Below, piece after piece: positions 50,161-62,410 of a DNA stretch of 64,000 nt (positions are counted from its first letter, which is position 1; each line of letters begins with the position of its first letter). The stretch is taken from the NCBI RefSeq assembly GCF_036321535.1, contig NC_087436.1, positions 101,558,001 to 101,622,000 of the forward strand, in the 5' to 3' direction. The stretch comes from Camelus dromedarius. Taxonomy: Eukaryota. Made by a program: the position numbers and the translations under genes. A model generated the notes under the pieces. That model searched no databases. It was not told the DNA's origin and saw only the letters and a list, made by a program, of their open reading frames with translations.

Positions 50161-50533
50161 TGTTATAAACTGAATTGTGTCTTTCTAAAATTCAGATGAT
50201 GTCATATGATGTCCTAACCCCCAACGTGATTGTGGCCTTAGATAGGACATTTCTGAGGTAATTAGTTAAATTAAGTCACTAGGGTAGGACCCTAATCCCA
50301 CAGGACTTGTGTCTTTATCAAAAGAAGAAAAGATACTGGGTCTCTCTCCATGCACACACGAAAGAGAGGACATGTGAGGACACAGAGAGAAGGTTGTCAT
50401 CTACAAGGCAGAAAGAGAGGTCTACCACAGACCAACCTGTTGGCAACTAGCTATCAGACTGCCAGCCTCCAGAACTGCAGGAAAATCAATGTGTCTTTTG
50501 GTTAAGCGACCCAATCTGTGGTATCTTGTTAGA
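50161..50533 (+). mobile_element. MLT1B-like MaLR solo LTR
   Basis: TGTTATAAACTGAATTGTGTC...CCTAACCCCCAACGTGA...GAGGTAATTAG...CCCTAATCC...CATGTGAGGACACAGAGAGAAGG...CAGCCTCCAGAACTG...TCTGTGGTAT. Confidence 0.9.
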
Positions 50534-51384
50534 GCAGACTGAGCAGCTAATGAACCATACTAAGCAACCAATTTCTGCCACTTTCAGATTTCTGTGTGAA
50601 TGTCCCCTTTTCCCGAAGCCCTTTCTATGCCATCCATTTTCATCAACACCACATTACTAGACTTGGTGCATTGTTATATGTTCTAGCTCATACTGTTTTG
50701 GATTTCTGTCACCTCTGACTGAATTAGAAGCTTCTTGAATTTAGACTGTTTCCCACCAATTCAACATCCTTAAGACCTATCACAGGCAGTAGTGAAAGGT
50801 AGGCTACAAGAAATATTTGTTGAGGTACATTTTTGGAGACAGACCATAGTACCTGGAAGGCTAGCTACCATAAAGTTGTCAAACAATTGTACATGTTTAA
50901 TTTAATTTGAATTGAAGTTCCAAAGGCCATTTTATGTGATTAAATCATGGGGTTCTTCCCTCCAATGAAGTAAAACGTCTACCAATGAGAGGATTAATTA
51001 CATTATGCTCTATCGACCGAATAGGCATTTAAGCAGCCTCTAAAAATAATGACTGAGTTCTGTGTGGCATTGTGGGAAAATTATAATAAAATGTATGTGA
51101 ATTGCATGTAACGTAATAGAAAAATTATAATAAAATGGAAAAGGCAGGAGGTGAGATTACTCATGTCCTATGATTCCGAGTGTTTACAGATTAAAACATG
51201 TGAGAATATTTAGAGAATAATAGTTATAACATGGTGTTAATATGAGTATTTTTTTTCCATTTTCCAAATTTCTGTGTTACTTACTATTCTCACCATTAAA
51301 ATATTAAATTTATTTAAAAACACAAGGAAGCATGTGAGTAGCATAGATAGTATGTATTAGAAGAGTGAGTCCACGCTGAAAAGG

Positions 51385-51600
51385 AGAAACAGCTTGGCAG
51401 CTAGGCTCTGGGCGTGGGCAGCCTGGATGGGGTTAAATCTCATTTTTAACAATTACCAGTTTGATGATCTTGAAAAGGTGATTTACAGGCTCTGAGGCTT
51501 AATCCCTTTGTCTTTCATGAGGAATGATATTAACATAATACCCACCAAAGCACCAAGAAAGAATGCTGGAATATCAGGAGTGCCCTTAAAAGCCAGCTAA
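51385..51600 (+). mobile_element. MIR (decayed)
   Basis: AGGCTCTGG...GCCTGG...TTAAATCTC...TTACCAG...TGATCTTGAAAAGGTGATTTA...CTCTGAGGCTT. Confidence 0.5.
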
Positions 51601-52664
51601 TAATTTCCGATAGAAATTAAGCTCTGTGAGGCTAGGGACCTGCGAATTCACCACTACAGATCAGTGCCTGGCGTTTGGTAATTTCATAATAAAACTTCAT
51701 TTATAGATAAGTGCATAAAAGGGAGAATATAATGAAGCCGATAGAAAAGACTTCATAGAAAGTCTAGGAAATTTGAAGAAAAGAAAAGCAGGACTTTATA
51801 TACATATACTTATACATCTATCTATAATTTCATTATTTGGCTGATGTCTAAGCATCAGAAACAGAAAATAACACTTTCTGTTTCCTGAAGACAATTAATC
51901 CAATTTGGCTTTAAGGTGTTTCCTGAATAAAACAGATACTTTTTTTCAAAACTGCTTTGACCCATACCTTGTGGTAATTTACTGTGTCTCTGTTCAGAAT
52001 GATTTCCTTGTAGTGGGTTAGCTCAGGTTCTAGTAGGATCAGCCATGGTAAATAAGGAAAATAAAATTACTCTAAGAATGATGAATAACACTGGTAAGAT
52101 CCTTTAATATTTTTGGAAGAGAAAAAAAGCAGAAACTGCCTAAAGCTTAGAACGCCCCAAGGAAAAAGCTGCACTCTCCGCTTTCAAAATCCTCCTGCTA
52201 CTTCTGCTCAGTGATGCCACTGAAATTCACTGACACCTCCCTACACAGGTTTTTTGTTTTTGTTTTTTTTCCCCCCAACCTCAGGTCATATCACATTTAC
52301 AGTTTATGGTCTTAAAAACACATCTGGAACGCATCCCAGTGTATTGATTATCTCTCAGATTTAAATTGAAAAATATAACGGACTTGGAAGGCAATAAAAC
52401 AAGTGGTGGACAGTTTTCTCTATCGCTTTCTCTCTGTAGCACAGCAGCTATCTAAACATTTTCAGGATAAAAGGAGACTCGAGCGAGCCATTCAGTGAAG
52501 TGATAATAAACTTCCTTCCCACGCACACACAGGAGTGTGACACTGAGTTAGATGTGTTCCAGGAGATAAACCACTCACCCATTCTTTAAGAAAAAATTAT
52601 GAATGAAGCAAGTCAGAGTGTGTCTCCCTGTCCCCTCTCCAGCCCACATGAATATATTTGTTCA

Positions 52665-53285
52665 TCTACTGATTCAAAAGTTTAGTCATTCAAATATATA
52701 TATTATGTATTCATCAAGCTTTTCTCTATACTAAAGGGCTGTGGAATTTTTGCATTCTAAGAACTTACATTCTAACTGGCAGAGATACTCTAAATGAAAT
52801 AAAATAAGTAAAGTAATTTCAGAACACAAAACTAAAAGTAAAGAAGAAATAAGGGGGCAGAGGTATAGAGTGAGGACGTTTTCATGGCTACTTTAGAGCA
52901 AGTGTTCCGAATGGCTTCTCTTAGGGAGTTACATTTCAAGCTGGGGTGTGACTAATGGACACTCAGCCATGACAGGATATTGGGAAAGAAACTGTCAGGC
53001 TTAATTTCCAAAGAGGTTAGTGGCTTGAGGTTTCCAAAGAATTGAATAAGGAAAGGAACGAAGGAAGAGGGGAAGAGAGAGGAAGAAAGGAAGAGAGAAA
53101 AAGAAGAGAAAATGTTAGTGGGATTGAAGAAAACCATGATAGGCTTTATGGGGTGAGTGAGAAGGAACAATATGGGCTTAAGTTAGCCATGAAAATGTCT
53201 TAGGTTTTCTTCTACTTGTAACTGATGTCCAGTAGAGCATTTTCTCTAAGGCAGTGATATTATCTATTAGATAATTTCTAAAACA
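52665..53285 (-). mobile_element. L2 fragment containing a GA-rich tract (~53050-53110)
   Basis: CATTCAAATATATATT...GAACTTACATTCTA...GGCTTCTC...ACATTTCAAGCTG...TCAGCCATG...TTTTCTTCTA...GCAGTGATAT. Confidence 0.6.
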
Positions 53286-53853
53286 ATTTACATACACACC
53301 CTCACTTACATAAACACACACACACTACTCCAACATCGTGTGTCTTATGAACAAGTTGTCTGGACACAGAGATAGGACACCACGTACTGAATGAGGTCGG
53401 AGAAAGATATCCAGAGGAATCAATGTGAGAATTGAATTGTGAAGGCTTTGAGATAAAGGAGTGGAAAGGAGGTGGTTCCAATCCAGATGAGCAAGAAGAA
53501 AAAAGTACTTTTTAAGTATTTAAGTACTGGTGAGTCAACTTTACACTAACATTTCTTGAACTCTTGATTTTGTCAAAAAACATAAGTATCAGCAAGATGA
53601 AACAAATTTATTGGCATCCCTGAAGTTTTAAACAGTCTCGCCCTGTTTGCTCAAAGAAAACAACTGAGAGGTTGACTTCTCAAGTATCTACATATATTTT
53701 ATTCGCTACAAATATAAAAATTTCATGTATACCAGAAACAGAATAGAAAGTGGTTCCTCAAAAATATATTGGTGTACATTTGTAAAACATTACCATTTAT
53801 TGGACCATTATACTGTTCCATACATATTTTAATTTTTCAAGAAATTCAGATTT

Positions 53854-54013
53854 GAGAATGGAGGGTAGAGCTCAGTGGTAGAGTGTGTGCTCAGCATGCA
53901 CGAGGTCCTGGGTTCAATCCCAGAACCTCCATTAAATAAATAAATAAATAAATCAACCAACCAAATTACCTCGGCCCCCACTCCCCTCAAAAAAAGATTG
54001 AGTTCAAAAAAAA
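53854..54013 (+). mobile_element. tRNA-derived SINE, camelid Vic-1 type, with 15-bp TSD
   Basis: GGAGGGTAGAGCTCAGTGGTAGAG (A box), GGTTCAATCC (B box, 53911-53920), (TAAA)n, AATTACCTC...CCCC and an A tail. TSD AAGAAATTCAGATTT (53839-53853) / AAGAAATTCAAATTT (54014-54028). Confidence 0.92.
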
Positions 54014-55274
54014 AAGAAATTCAAATTTTACATCGACACTAACAGGGAGCTATTACCCTGTTCAATTTCCTCTTGAAGAAAATGAGCATCAGGGAGGCTT
54101 CCCTAACTCATCTCAGATGGTAAATGTCGGGTTAGGACCAGACCTGAGCTCAAGTCCACAGAATCATGCTGTTGTCCCCCACAGTTTAAACTATGGCTTC
54201 TTTCAAAACATGCTTGAGGATTCAGCAATTGAATGTGGGTATCTGTTACTGTGTGGCTTGCTCTGGAAAGAGTAAAAGCACACAAAATTATGAAAAAGAG
54301 GAAAGAAAATATATACATTGCTTTTTTGTTATTTTTTTTTTACTACTCTATATCACTCCCCTCCTCATCCTCTTTTCTACTCTTCTTGTTTTTTCTTCAT
54401 GGCTTCAGTCTTCTGTATGTCCCTTCTTCGTGTCCTTTTATCCTATTGTGCTTTGTTTCTTTGTGGCATAAGCCTTTCTTCTTTGATCTACAGTCTTATA
54501 GAAGTTCTGTAAATATATCTTATCTCTTCAAGAGAACAATATGTAATATATATATAATTATAGAATAGCAAACTTTATAGGACTCCTAAGTCTATAATTT
54601 TATACAAATATTTTGGTCATTTTTAAGCTTATAAGCAAAATCTCCATGTGAAGAGTATATTTGCAAATATGCAGACACCATATATAAAATGATATAATAT
54701 AGATTTTTTTATATCTTAAAAGCTATGGAAATAAGCCAGAAACAAAGTGCTTATAATTGTTGGCATGGCAGAGAGAAAATTACGTAGTTTACACAGACTC
54801 AGAGGATCTGTTACCTGAATATGAACCAAAAACATTTTTAAAAAGATCCTGGGCGTATTAATTGAATCACGGTTTCCTCTAAAAGGAAATGAATCTATAG
54901 ATGACTATCACAAAGAACTGTGTAAGAGGACATAGTAAAATATTTATTCAATTCTATTTAAAAAAATACTACTTCTGTTCTACCACCCGAAGACATTCAA
55001 GTGTCAAAAATTTGGGTGGGAAGAATAAAGGAAGAAAAAGTAGTAAGTATAAAAAAGGCTTGCAGTCAATTTCCCTAGAAGCACTACCTTCTTCCTGGCT
55101 TTGGCACCATGCCTGCTCTTCAAATAGAATCATTTATAAACAATGTGTAACTCTATATCATACATTTCATAGCTCCTGCTCAAATTAAGGATATTTTCTT
55201 ACTCTGCAAAACACCTCATTTAATTGTTTTAACTGCAAAATGAATGAAATTCAGAACATCTAAGAAAAATGACC

Positions 55275-55458
55275 AAAAACATGACTAGCGTATTTTATAG
55301 CACCTCCTATCAAGAGATGGAATCTGCATCTCACTCCTGTGAATCTGAGCTTGCCTGTGACTTCCTTTGACCTGGAGAACTGACAGAAGTAATGGTTATC
55401 TTTTTAAGTTGTTAAGTTTCCAGGTGTTTCTTTTATTCAACACAAAATAACTGATACA
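55275..55458 (+). mobile_element. Internally deleted MLT1F/G-like MaLR LTR
   Basis: CTCCTATCAAGAGATGGAATCT...TGAATCTGAGCTTGCCTGTGACTTCCTTTGACC...CAGAAGTAATG joined to the LTR end TTTTAAG...TAAGTTT...ATAACTGATACA. Confidence 0.7.
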
Positions 55459-55945
55459 ACACTGACCAACAGGAGTTAGACAAAATTATTTCAATACGTT
55501 TTCCCTAACAAATTAAATATCAAATGGTATCTAGATATTAATTTCACTGTTCATGCCCCCCAGCCAGAATGTGGCTTTCTTCGCCCATCTAGAAATTCTA
55601 AGACCCTGAGTTGCGGTTGCTTCTTTAGTAGTGAGGATGGATGAGAGTGGACTAGCCTGCTTGTTGACCTTGTCCCCTGTCAGCCACATCTGAAGGTGGC
55701 TGCTCATCTAAAGGTGGGATTCTGCACTGTTCCCATTTATTATTTTCTCCAGAGCAGAAACTGTGGACCTATGGTGACATGTGATCACAATCCGCAGGCA
55801 TCATTTGGCCCATGGAAGGACACCTCACCACGGCCTTTTAAACAGATATAAAATGTAAACAGACCTGGCTTATTAACACACACGGGTCTTTAATAGAGGC
55901 GTAGGTAAAGATTGATCTTTAAGCTTCAAAAAGGAAACTAAGAGC

Positions 55946-56349
55946 TGTTGGAGGTCGTCACCAAGAGGATGTGACTTCAGTTGACTCACGAGCTGGACCC
56001 ACCAATCAGAGGCTCCTCACGCCCTCATATGCCCTTGCGATGTACCTTCTGACCACCTCTCCCACAGCTGGAGCTGTTTTCAAGGACACAGCCTTGAGAG
56101 AGCAATGTGTGACTGAGACCATCTGGAAAGTACATGTGACTGGATCCAGTTAAGGCCTCTAAATAAACTTTTAAGATTCTGGCAGGCAGGTTCAGAAATC
56201 TGTTTGTCTCGCAGCCGCCCCAGACAAGCCTCATATGTAACTTCCCTTGCTTATCAAACCTGCCTCCTACCAGCCTGGAGTGGTTTGCCTCTTTCTTTGG
56301 TCTCTCTTTGCCCTCCATGTATGGATGGGGGTCAGGTTTTGAACCAACA
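55946..56349 (+). mobile_element. Intact solo LTR (404 bp), 5-bp TSD, probably ERVL/ERV3 class
   Basis: Terminal inverted repeat TGTTGG...CCAACA; AGAGC at 55941-55945 and 56350-56354; CCAATCA at ~56002; TATA-like CTAAATAAA ~56159-56167; pyrimidine-rich U5-like end. Confidence 0.88.
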
Positions 56350-56718
56350 AGAGCAGCCTCATTTCTCTAATGTGGCTATTAACAGAAAACATATTGAATA
56401 AAGCACATGTGTTACTACCTCCATCTACTTTAGAGGGTGGAGAAAGAGGGTAAAGGATAAAGGTCTCCTGACTTGAGTCCATGATGTTTGTAGAGAGGAG
56501 AGTCTGGTCACTGCTTGGCAGTGAGTTCTTGAGCACAGTATCTCAGCTTTGCTACTGCAGACAAAGGCAGCGGTGTCCAGGATGGGTGACAGCTGTGGCA
56601 CTGGTGAGAAAGCATCATCTGTTTCCACCAGGTTTCCAAGAAAGAGAGGCTGAAGGATTATGCTTTTAAGCGGGTTTTAGGTGGGTTGCTCAGGGATTTT
56701 TTTTTTTTTTTTTTTAAG

Positions 56719-56944
56719 CAATAGGTCTCTACCTGGGGTATTTCTCCCATGGGACATTTGGTAAGATCTGGAAAGATTTCTGATTGCCATACTAGGGGTG
56801 CAATGCTATTGAGATCTAGTCTAAGATGCTGCTAAATGTCCTAAAATGTACAAGTCAGCATCCCTTCTCACTCCCCTCCCCGCCGCACACACACAAACAC
56901 AATCCCATCCAAAACAGCAGTAATGCCAAAGTCCAGAAACCCTG
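56719..56944 (+). mobile_element. MER20 hAT-Charlie MITE
   Basis: GGGACATTTGGTAAGATCTGGA...GATGCTGCTAAATGTCCTA...AATGCCAAAG...AGAAACCCTG followed by a GTCTAGAG target site. Confidence 0.85.
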
Positions 56945-58399
56945 GTCTAGAGGAGCCAGGCCCTCCCTCCCAGATCAGGAACATGCAGGTAGTTTTTACT
57001 CTCAGTCTTTCAAATTGTGTAATTAAATCCCAATGACACTTTTATAATTGAAACAGAATGGTTGTGCTTAAATTCAAACTACTCTATTATAACAGAATAA
57101 TGCTGTCCTATTTAAAATTTACAGGCAACAGATTTCAAATGACTTAGGGAAGTATCTGTTATTCAAAGGGAAACAATAGGCCCAGGTCCCCACTGTGGGA
57201 TTCCGAGAAACAATTTACATAATACTTTTACCATTTACTATAATAAAACCTCCCTTATCATACAATTTTAGTTTTATAAAGAAACTTTCATGCACCTTGT
57301 TATTAACAATAGCCTCAAATCACTGCTTACAAAGCTTGTCTGTTACCCAAGTTGTAAATGAATCATTTCCTGGTGATGTCAGGGATCTTGGGGCCCGTAA
57401 GGGGAATTTTTTTTAAGTGTCTGTCAGAGTACACCACAAAACAAATATCATTAAACATATGAAAAGCAATATAATGCCCTGGCTTTTTGAGAAGACTTAG
57501 AAGAAATTACTTATTTAATGAAATCCTCACTGAACATTATACTAAGATATACGTAGCTTAATTAGGATTAAATTTAAGCTTTTTTAAAGTTATAATTTAA
57601 ATTATGCTTTTATGTTAATTTTTAAATAAATCTATTTATGTGTCTTTCTGAAAGTTAGTTGGAGGGACATTTAATTATATCAGATTTACTCCTCTCATTT
57701 TTCCTAAAATAGAATCTAAAATAGATTGAGGGTTGTTTACCATCTGAAAGTTACAACCCAAAGTATAGATGCTGATTTAGTTCCTTATGCTGTTCACTTT
57801 TTTGTTTTCTCCACTGTGAACTGACTGAATGCTGTGGTTATTTAGAAGTCTTTTCCATCGTCTCATGGAGAGAGTGAAAAGAAACAGAAATGGGATAGAA
57901 GAAGTTAGCCTACAGCACAGACTTTGAGAAGAAATAAATGCAAAAACTGTTGTACAGTTTTGTAGTTGGATAACTATTGTATGAAGTGACAGAAAACCAA
58001 TCTTTATGAAAGTTTTATATCATCAAATGTATACCTCAATTTTTTTGAAATTCTTGTTTTTGCTTTTGTTACAGATCAAAGTTTGAAACAAGTGCTTTTT
58101 GTTTTTTTTTTCCTTCTCCATGAAAGCCATTCTGATAGTCCATTTATTACTTTGTTCCTTGATTTTTAAGTTATTTCTGCTTCTTCATTATCTTGATTAC
58201 ATTATCTTATACAGTGACCCAAAAAACTGCTCCTACCCCTTTTATTCACTGATTGATAAGGCAGTGAATATACTTAGCAGAAATTTTGTAAACACTGAAG
58301 TGTCTCAAGTATGTGAAAGAATTTAATTTTATTTTTCTTGGACCTGTATCCTGACTTTGATGCTGTCATTCAAAATGGCTTTAAGCATTGCCTTCTAAA

Positions 58400-59760
58400 T
58401 TCTTCCATTTATTCAACAAATATTGAACCACATATAACATGTCAGAATGCCCTTAGACAAAGGGATATAATGATTAAAGCAAAATAAGCTGGCCTCCACA
58501 GAGCTTGCATTCTGGCATCCTCTATTCTTCTGATTATGGTGTTTGTCTTCATTCTTTCTCAATCTGTGCATTCATCTAACAAAAATTTTAGTGTTCTTAT
58601 GTGCTTGGCTTTGTGCTGCATGTTTGGTACATAATGGTGATATGATTACTGTCTTCATGGTTCTTAAATTATAATGGGGAAATGAATATTATATAATAAA
58701 GGCAGACATGAATACAAAATTATGAGATTTTAAGTGCTAAGAAAGAGACAAATGCTCTGTAAGAAAACAATCTGGGTAGCGGATTCTAATATAGAATGGG
58801 CAGCCCAGTATTGTCCTTAGAAAAGCAAAGCAACCTGAGAGCTGAGGGAAGAGAAGGAAACAGCCTTGCCCAAGAATTCAGATTCGTGTTTTTCTGACAG
58901 AATAGCATCACATACAAGTACTGAGATGGATAAAAGTCACAGTCTTCAGTACACCAGAGTCCAGTGCAAATGAGATTCAGTGAAAAAAGGAGAGAAAGAT
59001 ATTAGAAGATGCTGGGTGGTGGCCATGATGCTGAAGATCAAGAAGGTGGTTTTTGGACGTATAATTATCAGGAATGGGTGGTATATTTTATGTGAAGAAT
59101 AAGGAATAGAGAAGGAAGACCCCTAAAATCTGAGCTTAAGCAGCAAAACAGATAGGGGATATGGTTTATGGAAAAAGTGAGATGAGTTTACAAAACGTGT
59201 TAGAGACACTTATTTGGCACTGCAGCAGAGATGTCAGGTGGATGGATAGTTGAATATAAGTCAAATTTTAGAGGAGGTGACCAAATTGGAGTTGAAGGTA
59301 TAATGAGAGGTGCCTTGGGCTGCAGTTATAAGTCATAGAAACAGGTTCTCCCAAAGAGTGTCTAGAGAAGATACTTCTAGTCTAGATTCAACAGTAAGGT
59401 TTGAGTAGAGGAATAAAATCTGGGAGCATGCACTGGGAAATGGAGATCCAGAAAAAAACAGAACAAAGCTTTGCTTCTAGGGGATTAAGGTCAAGCTGAA
59501 GAGATAAACAAGTATCTGAACAGTTTTATATAATAAAGTTATGTATTAGCTTCTAATGGAGCACAATGGAGGAAACATTTAATTCTGCTGAGGGTAGTTC
59601 AGAGGAGACTTACAGAAGGATAACACAGAGCAATTCTGAAAAACCTTCAAAATAAATAACAAGCTAATAGGACACAGGGAAGAACATTCTGAGCAAAGGA
59701 TTTGAGATAAAAAAATTCAAAGCATTTGAACAATTGTAAGTAGTTCAGCTTAATTACATG
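58400..59760 (-). mobile_element. Cluster of L2 fragments
   Basis: CATTTATTCAACAAATATTGAACACC; CATTCATCTAACAAAA...; GAGATGTCAGGTGG...GTTGAATATAAG; TCTGAGCTTAAGCA. Confidence 0.65.
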
Positions 59761-60389
59761 GTTATAGCTTGTTTTGCAATTCAAGATTTAGGTTAACCTT
59801 CACTGATGTACTTTTTCACCTTTATTTTACATTCTTATAGTAATTAACAAATCATATTGCTTTTGCCCTTTAATTGTCTGCATTAATATTTTTCTCTCCT
59901 GACTTGTCCTTAATCTGCACAGAAAAAAAAAGGAGCATAATTCCTTTTTATAAGCAAAGGATCATGCAGTTCTATGCACGAGAGCAGATGGTCAACAAAT
60001 GTATCACTTTCTAAACAACTGGATTCTTGTCCCTCTGTCCTTGGTGAAGATGGAGATAAAACTTTTTAACTAGTGTGAAAACTAAAATAATTGTATCCAA
60101 AACATTACAACATATCATTCTATCCTATCTGTGATGCCCTGATATAAGTAAAACAATTCAGTGACCTGAAATTAGCCTCTAATTAAAGTGTCGAGAATCA
60201 TTTGGTACAATTTAAGTTTCATTAAATTCAGAAACACTCAAAATTGAATCAATTTATTAAGCTTACTTATTTCCCAGTCCCCAACAGACACAATAATACC
60301 AACATGTAACGATTTCAGACATATAAGCAGTTTCACTATTTCACTTACTGAAGTGAGACTGCAACTTCCCAGCTAGAATAAGATATATT

Positions 60390-62410
60390 ACTATATATAG
60401 AAAACCCTAAAAGGTCCACATAAAAGCTACTAGAGCTGATTGAAGAATTCAGCAAGGTAGCAGGTTACAAAATTAACGTTCAAAAATCAGTTACATTTCT
60501 TTACACTAACGATAAATCAACAGAAGAAGAAAGTAAAGAAACAATCCCCTTTAAATAAGCACCCAAAGTAATAAAATATCTGGGAATAAATCTAACCAAG
60601 GAGGTGAAAGAATTATACACAGAAAACTATAAACCATTGATGAAGGAAATTAAAGAAGACTTTAAAAAATGGAAAGATATTCCATGCTCTTGGATTGGAA
60701 GAATCAATATTGTTAAAATGGTCACACTGCCCAAGGCAATCTACAGATTTAATGCAATCCCTATCCAATTACCCAGGACATATTTCACAGAACTAGAAAA
60801 AATCATAATAAAATTCATATGGAACCATCAAAGACCTAGAATTGCCAAAGCATTACTGAAGAGAAAGAAAGAGGCTGGAGGAATAACTCTCCCAGACTTC
60901 AGACAATACTATAGAGCTACAGTCATCAAGACAGCATGGTATTGGTACCAAAACAGACATATAGACCAATGGAACAGAATAGAGAGCCCAGAAATGAACC
61001 CACAAACTTTTGGTCAACTCATCTTTGACAAAGGAGGCAAGAATATACATTGGAATAAGGACAGTCTCTTCAGCAAATGGTGTTGGGAAAACTGGACAGC
61101 AGCATGTAAAACAATGAAGCTAGAACACTCCCTTACACCATATACAAAAATCAACTCAAAATGGATTAAAGACTTAAACATAAGACAAGATACAATAAAC
61201 CTCCTAGAGGAAAACATAGGCAAAACATTATCTGACATACATTTCAAAAATTTTCTCCTAGAAGAAATAAAAGCAAGAATGAACAAATGGGACCTAATGA
61301 AACTTACAAGCTTCTGCACAGCAAAGGAAACCAGAAATAAAACAAGAAGAAAACCTACGGAATGGGAGAAAATTTTTGCAAGTGAAACCGACAAAGGCTT
61401 GATCTCCAGAATATATAAGCAGCTCATACGACTCAATAAGAAAAAAATAAACAACCCAATCCAAAAATGGGCAGAAGACCTAAACAAGCAATTCTCCAAG
61501 GAAGACATACAAATGATCAAAAAGCACATGAAAAAATGCTCAATATCACTAATTATCAGAGAAATGTAAATCAAAACTACAATGAGGTATCACCTCACAC
61601 CAGTCAGAATGGCCGTCATTCAAAAATCCACAAATGACAAATGCTGGAGAGGCTGTGGAGAAAGGGGAACCCTCCTACAATGCTGGTGGGAATGCAGTTT
61701 GGTGCAGCCACTATGGAAAACAGTGTGGAGATTCCTCAAAAGACTAGGAATAGACTTACCATATGACCCAGGAATCCCACTCCTGGGCTTGTATCCAGAA
61801 GGAAATCTACTTCAGGATGACACCTGAACCCCAATGTTCATAGCAGCACTATTTACAATAGCCAAAACATGGAAACAGCCTAAATGTCCATCAACAGGTG
61901 ACTGGATAAAGAAGAGGTGGTATATTTATACAATGGAATACTACTCAGCCATAAAAACCGACAACATAATGCCATTTGCAGCAACATGGATGCTCTGGAG
62001 AATGTCATTCTAAGTGAAGTAAGCCAGAAAGAGAAAGAAAAATACCGTATGAGATCGCTCATATGTGGAATCTAAAAAACAAAAACAAAAACAAACAAAC
62101 AAACAAAAACAAAGTGTAAATAAAGGACAGAAATAGACTCACAGACAGAGAATACAGACTTATGGTTACCAGCGGGGTGGAGGTTGGGAAGGGATAGACT
62201 GGGATTTCAAAATTGTAGAATAGACTACACTGTATAGCACAGGGAAATATACACAAAATGTTATGATAACTCACAGAGAAAAAAATGTGACAATGAGTGT
62301 GTATATGTCCATGAATAACCGAAAAATTGTGCTGAACACTGGAATTTGACACAACATTGTAAAATGATTATAAATCAATAAAAAATGTTTAAAAAAAAAA
62401 AAAAACAAAA
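60390..62410 (+). mobile_element. 5'-truncated young L1 (~2.0 kb): distal ORF2, 3'UTR, poly-A; ORF2 disabled
   Basis: IENPK...[12 protein letters not shown]...[12 protein letters not shown]...[18 protein letters not shown]...[18 protein letters not shown]...GI*. In-frame stops at 60421, 60556, 61567 and 61825, a frameshift near 61995, natural stop 62073-62075, AATAAA 62377-62382, poly-A from 62391. Confidence 0.98.

Noticed and set aside
53860..53932. tRNA gene
   Set aside because: A and B boxes are present, but the (TAAA)n/C-rich/A tail and TSD identify a SINE.
60604..61569. Functional 321-aa protein-coding gene
   Set aside because: It is a piece of L1 ORF2 between premature stops; the element lacks the 5'UTR, ORF1, endonuclease and most of the RT.
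61014..61574. 186-aa hydrophobic 'membrane protein' ORF
   Set aside because: Antisense shadow of A-rich L1 ORF2.
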